Under the pieces are notes generated by a model. The model was not told where the DNA came from and searched no databases. It worked only from the letters and a program-made list of their open reading frames with translations. Made by a program: the position numbers and the translations under genes. 64,000 nt of DNA from Camelus dromedarius (Eukaryota), in NCBI RefSeq assembly GCF_036321535.1, contig NC_087451.1, forward strand, positions 47,926,001-47,990,000. The letters are read 5' to 3'. Below, piece after piece: positions 55,931 to 64,000 of this stretch (positions are counted from its first letter, which is position 1; every line of letters begins with the position of its first letter).

Positions 55931-57229
55931 AATCTGTATGTTGATGGGAACAGATTTTTATGGAGAGGTAGGATTTGGTGATTGATTATATTGGAGAATA
56001 GTGGAAATAAAGAATCAAAGTATTACACTGTAGCATAATCTGACTGTGGTGCCTTAAGAACAGAGGAGCAGGAGCAAATTTATTTGCTTCCAAAGACCAT
56101 ATGTTTCCACCCTACTGGGGAGCCCTCCTTTCTTGTGAAGGTCTACTGAGGGAGGGAGAACTGTAAAATACGACTACACCACTTCTCGATGTGATTAATC
56201 CCATGATGAGATTTAAACCTCTTAGAGTAGTAATACTATGCTAATCTAATCTTGTAGCCAACCAAACCAACTAAATAAGCTTTCAGATGATTCAGATTTG
56301 TCCTCGTTGAAGGAACACAAGTCATGGAAAAGGGCTGTAAATTCACAACTGATGTGGGGAGCAATCATACTTCTGTAATCAATACATGGAAGACTTAAAA
56401 ATCAGTAACTTTTGGATAAACAGTCGAACTAAACTTTTTTCCAAAGAAATTAATTAATTTCAAAATTCTTTACATTCTCCATGATCATTAATAGCAGCAA
56501 TGTAATTTAATACTCCCTTGCTACTTCTGATATTACAGTGAATTTCTACGGAAGTATTTTCGGAGAGCTCAGGCCTCCTGTAACTGAAAAACAAGTATCA
56601 GTACTTGCAACAACCAAGGGAAATGAACTGCTCAAACGAGTGCCTAGACAGAGAGACAGAGAGACACAAACGGGAAGAAAATAAAGTTTTAACTTAATAT
56701 CGCATTCGTACGTGTATGGTAGACGTCTGATGGATGTAGCCATCTACACAAATTTCTAATTATATCATTTAACAACATGGAAAAAGAAGGAATTTGGCAT
56801 CGCCCCCTACTCTGATAGCCGAGTTGCTGAAAGCTCCGTAGGTTTCACATCCCCAGAACAAACAATTCGATCACCTGATCCTGACTCAGAAGCCCTAGGT
56901 CCCTTCCATTCCAAACCCTATCGCGTGGCCCAGTTTTCAGAAGCTGCGAGAGAGGGACGGCATCCCAGGAAGCCTGTTGATACAACAGGCCGCCCAATTC
57001 CTGGGTTCTGGGGTGGCACAGGATTGGGAAAAGACTTAAGACTCTAAGCAACTATCTTGCTTTCCTCCTCCTCCTCCTCCCTCATAGAGAAGGGAAGGTC
57101 GGAGGCCCCACTTCTTCCCGCATAACGGCTCCCCAGTGCCTCTTCCCTTACGGGACCAGGCCCTAAGAGCCTAGCTCCCCACCTGACCCATTCGAGGAAC
57201 ACACTTTCCAGTCCAAACTTTACCTGCTT

Positions 57230-57950
57230 GAGGCCCGTCCCTTCTCCAGTGCCCCCAGCCCCCACCGAGGAAAATGGAGTCGCCGAACCGAGACTGGGAA
57301 AGGATAGTACGAACCCACCGCACGGCCCCTCCGCCGCCACCGCCGCCGCTGCTGCGTCAACGTGCTACGTCACTTCCGGCCCCCTGTCACTGGGAGTGGG
57401 CGGGCCATTTCTTCTTCTCGGCTCCCTCCTGGCTCTCCTGGCTTGGTCGAAGGAGCGCGAAAACTGGCAGAAGCGGTTCAGAAAAGCAGCTGTCACAGGG
57501 CCCCGGGAACGGAACGAGGGAGTCGGAAGCAACTAGGCCTAGCTAGTTCCTTAGGCCTCTCTAGCCAAAGGAACCATAAAGACCAGATTGGGCTTCTTCC
57601 TTTCCTCCTCTCTGTGGTTCCGCTCGCAGCTTCCGGTTCCGGGGAGGGGCGAGTTTTCTTCGAAGATTAGGGGCTCTGCGCTACAGCCAGGATGGCTGTG
57701 GTGTCACTGCTGTTGTTTGGGGGTTTGTGGAGTGCTGTGGGAGCGTCCAATCTGGCTGTCGTTACATGCGGTTCTGTAGTGAAGCTGCTCAATACGCGCC
57801 ACAACGTCCGACTGCACTCACACGACGTGCGCTACGGGTCAGGTACTGCCACCCGGGTTCGGGTGGGCTGGGAAGGCCTGCTAGGCTCCGGAGGGGGTGG
57901 GGCCTAGAGAGAATCTGAGGGGTGTGGTCTGGGAAGGTTAGGGGAGCCGG
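57230..57950. promoter_or_regulatory. Bidirectional CpG-island promoter SUPT6H/SDF2
   Basis: Head-to-head genes about 300 bp apart; ETS motifs acttccgg (57372) and gcttccggttccgg (about 57629), CRE-like tacgtca, GC box. Confidence 0.8.
57319..57375 (-). other. SUPT6H: Probable non-coding exon 1 of SUPT6H (TSS approximate; alternative donor CAG|gtaaag at 57224/57223)
   Basis: GCC-rich leader and donor G|gtgggt at 57319/57318; the exon 2 acceptor (tctag|TCTTC, 50146) lies 30 nt upstream of the ATG, so a non-coding first exon is required. Confidence 0.55.
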
Positions 57951-60900
57951 GGGGAGGTTCCTGAGGTCTGGAGGCGGAGAGTCGGAGAATTCAGTGGTCC
58001 TAAGGCATCTTAATCGTAATACCAACTTGTATCTGGTGAGCTACGTGCCAGACATATTACATATTTACTTCTGAAGACTTATTCTTACGCGATATAGGCC
58101 ATTATTATCCTCATTTTACAGATGAGGAAACAGACTCAAATAAATCGCATGCTCAAATCCTTGGCAGCTAGTGAATGACAGAGACGGTTCGATCCAAATC
58201 TGTCCAGGTTAAAAGCCTGCGTTCAGTTACTGCAGGCTGGCACTACTCAGTGCGGGAGAGACAGACTTGTAGAAAATTACAGTAAGTCTTGTTATCTCTG
58301 AAATCTTCCAAGACTTCACTCTTTGACTACGACACTCTTGTCTAACTCTTTTGCATCTTACACTTAACTTCATCTCTTTTCTTTGGCCTCTTTTCACTCA
58401 AACCTTACCCTCGTAAAGAAAAACTGAAGCACTCAGTGGGATTGGAAGGGAAACTGTTCAGAGGGCTTTTTAACATATGAAAATAAAATACTTAGTTTGT
58501 GGTTCATTTATAATTGTAGCAGTTATTTGTGGGCCCATTCACTCAGTATAGATTTAATGAGTTCCTACTGTGTGCCTGATACTGTTCTAGATACAAGAGA
58601 CACCGTAGTGAACCAGTCAGCAAGTTACAAGAAAACAAAAACAGACAAAAAGAAGAGCGTAAGGTTCAGCTAGTAAGATGTGAGAGGCATCTAAGATGAC
58701 TGCTAGATGTCTGTCTTAGGTAACTGATGATGCTATTAGCTGAGAGAGGAAGGCGTTCTCCTAGATGGGGCTGGTGTGTGGTTCATGATCCCCAAAACCT
58801 GTCTGACCAGTTAGGCTAGGAAAGGGGCTGAATTTTCATTGTTGGCAGAAGCAGTTCAGGAAAGCAGCTGTCACAGAGCCCCGGGAACAGAAGCTAGAGG
58901 GGGTCAGAAGCAAGTTTGGAAAACACAGGGTTTCTTTATAGGAGGGTTTAATAATCTTAGTGGCCTTTCAGTGAATAACTACTATGTGTCAGACTTATAT
59001 TTTAATTTGATCTGGTTTCCTACTTTGGATCTACTAAATCAGAACATGGGTAAAGAGAGGCCTGCCAGTAAGAATCTGTAGGTTTGAAAAGCTCTTCAGG
59101 TGTTCCTGATGGGCAGCCACATTTGAGAACCAGGCTCAGTCTGAAGCTCAGAAGAGAGAGATCTGTGTTGAGCCTGAGACACAGAGTTAAGTACAATATC
59201 ATTGTACAGGTGGTGGTTGAAGATGTGGGGAGAGAAGATGAGATTGCTCAGGATGAACTGTGGTTCTCAATCTGTTGTCAATTTGAATCAGTTGAAAAAC
59301 TTGTTGAAGTACTTGTAAATGCTTTTGTCTTCATCTCCAACAAGTATTTAAGAGTGCATAAGGGCCAGGGATAGAACTCTGGGTAATCCCAAAGTTTAAG
59401 GACGGGAGAGGATGTGGAAGGCTGAATGACAGTGAAAAAGTAGGAGACAGAAAATGTACAACATGATTTAGTGAAGCATGACAGTGAGAACCAAGAGAAC
59501 TGTAAGGCAAAAGCTAGAAGTAAGAAGGTAGGTTGGTTTGCCCCCCCCCCCCCTTTTATAAGATAAAACAAAATCATTATGAGTTGAGTAGAAACAGCAA
59601 GAGTGAGAAGCTGGTAGTTTAGTTCTGAACATTCACACAGATAACTGTGGTACAAGGCATAATGTGTTAAGTGGTAAAAAGGAAAGTGTCATCAAAAGCT
59701 TGTGGTCAGGCAGGGCCAGAGGACTGAAGGCAAAGCTAAGAGAAATAGGCAAGAGTAACTGAGGAAAGTGGGAAATATGGAGTGCCTTCCAAGAATTGAC
59801 TAATGAATGAGGCCTAAGGAAGGGAAATCTCTGGAGTTTATATGAATGGCCTATTTGGAGGAAATTGACAGAAAATAAAGCTTTCTGGGAGGCCAGGTGG
59901 TAGAGTGGTTTAAGAATGCGAGTTGTAGAGTCAGGCCACCTAGGTTCAAACTCCAGCACTGCCTCTTGGGGTTGTGTGTGACCTTTGGCATATTATTAAG
60001 CCTTTCTAACACTCCAGTGTAAAATGGGGGAAATAGTAATACTTACTTTAGAGAATAGATGCATGTATCAAATAAGAATAATCAATCAAAAGGCTTGGAT
60101 TGGTAATTAGGTTCAGTACACATTACCTACCCGCCAATTATTGTTTGTATATTTCTTTTTTTCCCCCAAGTCTGTAGCTACATATTTAACCTAGTACCTT
60201 TTAACCTGCAGAATTGCACCATTTGTAAGCAGTGTTAACCAAATTTAGATGATTTAAGAATACTTTTACAATAGGTTGATAGATCACTTACAGGAATTGG
60301 GGAGCTGTAATGGCTTGTTGGATTAAAGTTGACAGGAATAACTGGTCTCACTTTAACTGTGAAATGTGGTAAAAATTTTTGATTGTAATACATAGTAAAC
60401 ATTGAATAACATTACAAACATGTTAATATATGATTAGACACCTGACATATATTAGGGGCCATCCAGGCTAGTATATATAGGTAAATGCTGCCTGTGCTTC
60501 AAAAAAACCGCATGTGTTCACTTATTTAGTGCTCTTGGATGCAAATTCTTGGAATTTTCTGATGTAATATACTCCTAAATATAGTTCATCATACAGTAAC
60601 TAATACTGTATAAATACATTTAGTATTTCTCATGCATACTTTAATGTTGTAGGAAAAAATATTACGAAGCATAGGATTTCCTTCCAACCCCTCCAAACCT
60701 ATTATGTAACACATGAAAGAGAAGGGTCAGGTTGAGCTCACCCTCTTCCTTTTCTTTCTTTTTTTTGACTGCAGGTAGTGGGCAGCAGTCGGTGACAGGT
60801 GTAACCTCCGTGGATGACAGCAATAGTTACTGGAGGATACGGGGGAAGACCGCCACCGTGTGTGAAAGGGGAACCCCCATCAGATGTGGTCAGCCCATCC

Positions 60901-60971
60901 GACTAACACATGTCAACACTGGCCGAAATCTCCATAGTCACCATTTCACCTCACCTCTTTCTGGAAACCAG
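57692..60971 (+). CDS. SDF2: Stromal cell-derived factor 2 (MIR-domain ER protein), exons 1-2; exon 3 lies beyond the window
   Basis: Exons 57692-57842 and 60775-60971. Signal peptide MAVVSLLLFGGLWSAVGA, then VVTCGSVVKLLN..RLHSHDVRYGSGSGQQSVTGV..YWRIRG..RLTHVNTGRNLHSHHF. Confidence 0.96.
58843..58913 (+). repeat. Diverged direct copy of promoter segment 57465-57532
   Basis: tggcagaagcagttcaggaaagcagctgtcacagagccccgggaacagaag versus tggcagaagcggttcagaaaagcagctgtcacagggccccgggaacggaac. Confidence 0.85.
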
Positions 60972-61369
60972 GTGAGGTGGCATCCCGTGGATCACTGCTG
61001 CTCTACCGAGGAGTACTCAGTTGAGTTGTTTGATACCTTAGTTCTTAACCCTTTCTTTTCCAGATGTAGGTGTTCTCTTTTGTGCAGACCTGGAGAATAT
61101 GCTTCTGTCCCATATGTGTGAAGGAAATTGTTTCTGGTCAAAATGGAGACTCTACGTCTAGATCAAATCAAGAAATGATGAGGGAAGAGAGACTAGGTAT
61201 ATGTTAGCATATCATAAGGTATCTTGATTAATCCTGCTATAAAGAAACCCTATGTTTTCCAAATTGCAAGAAAAATTATTACCATTATGATTTTTTTAAT
61301 GATGCTAACTAACCACATTAGGAAAATAAATTATGTATTGTGCCATTTTTTTAAGCCTTGAATTTTCGG

Positions 61370-63100
61370 ATGATGTGGACACCTTAATGACTGATTCCCT
61401 CCCACCCCTACTTTGTACATAGTTTTCCCTGTTAACATCTTAACATTAGTTTGGTAAATTTGCCACAGTTAATATAGCAATACTGATACACTATTATCAA
61501 CCGGAGTCCATAGTTCATTTTGGTTTCCTTAGTTTTTACCTACTAGCTCTTCTCTTTTCTGTTCCAGGATCCCATGCACGTCACATTTAGTTGTCATGCT
61601 TCTTTATGTCCCTATTTTTTTTTTAAACTTTTTTTATTGAATTATAGTCATTTTACAACGTTGTGTCAAATTCCAGTGTAGAGCACAATTTTTCAGTTAT
61701 ACGTGAACATACATATATTCATTGTCACTTTTTTTCGCTGTGAGTTACACAAGATCTTGTATATATTTCCCTGTGCTATACAGTATAATCCTGTCTATTC
61801 TACATATGCCTGTCAGTATCTACAAATTTTGAACTTCCAGTCTATCCCTTCCCACCCCCCACCCCCTATGTCCCTCTTGACTGTGACAGTTTCTCAGATT
61901 TTTCTTCTTTTTGTTGACCTTGACAGTTTTGAAAGGGGCTAGTTAGGTATATTATAGGGTGCTCATCTATTGGAATTTGTCTGATCTTCTTATGATTAGA
62001 CTGGATTTATAAAGGTTTGGGCGAGGAAGACCGCAGAGGTAAAGTGTAATTTTCATCATCTTTATCAAGGATACATAGTATCTGCATGATTAATGACTGT
62101 TGATATTGATTACCTGGCTGAGGTAGTGTTTTTCAGGTTTCTCTTGTAAAGTCAGTCTTTCCATTTTTCCCTTTTACATACTGTACTCTTTGGAAAGAAG
62201 TCACTATGCACAGCCCACACTTAAAGAGTTATGCTACCTTTAGGGTAGAAAAGCTGCATAATTTATTTGGAATTCTTCTGCATGTGTGATTTGTCTTTTC
62301 TCTATTTACTTAATCATTTATTTACATTGGTATGGACTCCTGGATATTTATTTTATACTTTAAGTTATAATCCAATAGCACTGTCTTTATTATGTTGCTC
62401 AGTTGTTCCAACTTTGGCTATTGGGAGCCCTTTCAGTTGTTTCCTGTATCCATATGACATATTTCCATCATTGTATATATTGTGTGGGTGTGTTTTAACA
62501 CTTCCTTACTTTCTGGCACTATGAGATATTCTAGGCTCATCTTGTATATTTCTTGTCCAGTCCTAGAATGAGCTATTTCCCTAAGGAGTCCTGCTTCCAT
62601 TTATTGGAGAATGGTACTCTTAGATGTAGGCCCTACATGAGCTTGTTGCTACTGGGATATTGTTTCTTTTAGGCCCTCTCACCTGACAGGGCTAAGAAAT
62701 ATCTGCATGTGAATGCATATACACATAACCATAAATGTTCATATGTGTAACCATCTGTGTCTATATTAAATGAAATAAGAGTTCTTACTGATGTCTCCAG
62801 CTCTAATCCATTGTCTCATAGATCATTTTAGCCTCCTCCCTTTGCTTATTTGTAAATTCCCACTCTTAACAGTGAGATACCTGGCTCCTACCACTGTTGT
62901 CCACTTACTTACTTGTTCAGTTCCAGTATAGTAATAGAATTGTTAATTATGTGCAGTTCCTTTTGCCTTTAGTCTTACAGACTATATTTCCAAATGACTG
63001 CCTTCTTATCTAAAATTTTATGGCTGTTAGTGTATATTTAAATTATATATGTTTTGTAGTGGTCATTTTGTAAAGTATAGAAAATTGAATCACTGTGTTG
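61370..63100 (-). mobile_element. Old L1M 3' region in SDF2 intron 2 (approximate limits)
   Basis: Motifs such as ttaacatcttaacattagtttggtaaatttgccacag, cacttccttactttctggcactatgagat and tctaggctcatcttgtata. Confidence 0.7.
61614..61866 (-). mobile_element. Young 5'-truncated L1 3' end inserted into the old L1
   Basis: T-run (poly-A on minus), tttattgaattatagtc.. L1 3' end, perfect 9-bp TSD TATGTCCCT at 61605-61613 and 61867-61875. Confidence 0.8.
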
Positions 63101-63174
63101 TGCACTTGGAACTAACAGTGTTGTAGGTTCACTATACTTCAATTAAAAAATATCTGTATGTCTGAAATAATCAG

Positions 63175-63283
63175 TAACTTATTTTTTAAATTAGTTAAAA
63201 AAAAATTTTAACAGAGATACCAGGAATTGATCCTGGGACCTTGCACTTGTTAAGCACACACTTTACCACTGAGCAATACCCCC
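63175..63283 (-). mobile_element. tRNA-Ala-derived SINE, older or shorter copy
   Basis: Minus strand GGGGGTATTGCTCAGTGGTAAAGTGTGTGCTTAACAAGTGCAAGGTCCCAGGATCAATTCC plus AT-rich tail. Confidence 0.7.
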
Positions 63284-63750
63284 ACCCCTTAGTAGCTTTT
63301 TATTATCATACAAACTGAATTCTTGGCCTTAAGGGGAATGAGATTAGAATACGAGTAGAAGATAGAACCTGCTATACTTTGCTCGGTTAATATATATTAT
63401 TTCATTTAATTCTCATAATTATTTTGTAAGATATTATTGTCATCATTTTATAGAGGAGAAGATGAAAGCCCAAAGGAGTCACACAGGAAGGGACAAAACT
63501 GAGATTTAAGGTTTGCCTGTTTCCAGAGCCCATCCCCTTTCCAACTTGTGTTTCTCACCAGGTCACTTAAAATCTAGTTGAGGGAATGAGGCAGGAATAG
63601 TTAAAAGTCAAATAATGAGGTAAAATATTTTTAAGACTATAATAGAAAATAAAAGGCAAATAGAGGATTACTTGTAAAATAAATGTTTGGGCCATAATCT
63701 TATGGCAATTGATTTCATGTCTTTTGTGTCTTTTTATTTTTTTCCCACAG

Positions 63751-63888
63751 TTTATTTTATTTATTTGTTTGTTTTGTCAGGGGGAGGTAATTAGATTTTT
63801 ATTTATTTTTAATGGAGGTACTAGGGATTGAGCCCAGGACCTTGTGCATGCTAAGCACGTGCTCTACCACTGAGCTATACACTCCCCC
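63751..63888 (-). mobile_element. tRNA-Ala-derived SINE (camelid vic-1-like)
   Basis: Same head and TAATTACCTCCCCC tail module as the 3892 copy. Confidence 0.85.
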
Positions 63889-64000
63889 CTATTTTATTTA
63901 TTTTTGAACAGTATTGGAAAACCTCTTATTTTTCACTTTTAGATAGCCTTATTTTTCTTCCCATTGCCTCCCTCTTTTTTCAAGCCTGTGTGTCAGCCAT

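Noticed and set aside
59084-59655. ORFs in SDF2 intron 1 and similar 60-130 aa intronic ORFs
   Set aside because: Lie in decayed L2/MIR/L1 sequence, with no splice or motif support.

Overview
Mammalian genomic DNA, probably a camelid: it carries tRNA-Ala-derived SINEs with a camelid-type tail. It is the gene-dense block orthologous to human 17q11.2. I reconstructed all genes by hand, exon by exon with splice sites and phase. In order: NEK8 (minus, exons 1-8, truncated at the left edge), TLCD1 (plus, 247 aa), RPL23A (minus, 156 aa) with four intronic box C/D snoRNA loci (SNORD42B, 4A, 42A, 4B), RAB34 (plus, 259 aa) with the overlapping NARR frame, PROCA1 (plus, 376 aa), SUPT6H (minus, 1726 aa if masked exons keep orthologous length) and SDF2 (plus, exons 1-2, truncated). 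The most striking unexplained signal is a decayed exon in PROCA1 intron 2 (25106-25234). It encodes a signal peptide, a KR site and the PGTLxxGxG Ca2+-loop of group III secreted phospholipase A2, and it splices in phase onto the PLA2-like exon 3. Other observations: SNORD4B has lost boxes C and D; all three frames are potentially coding at the RAB34 start; there is a TSD-flanked tailless tRNA-Leu retrocopy, an orphan poly(A) retro-insert, a CpG-decayed copy of the SUPT6H/SDF2 promoter, and two GC-AG introns. N-runs preserve exact exon lengths, which suggests a masked or reference-projected sequence. Orthologue comparisons and repeat-family names are from memory, not from searches. Boundaries of old repeats are approximate.
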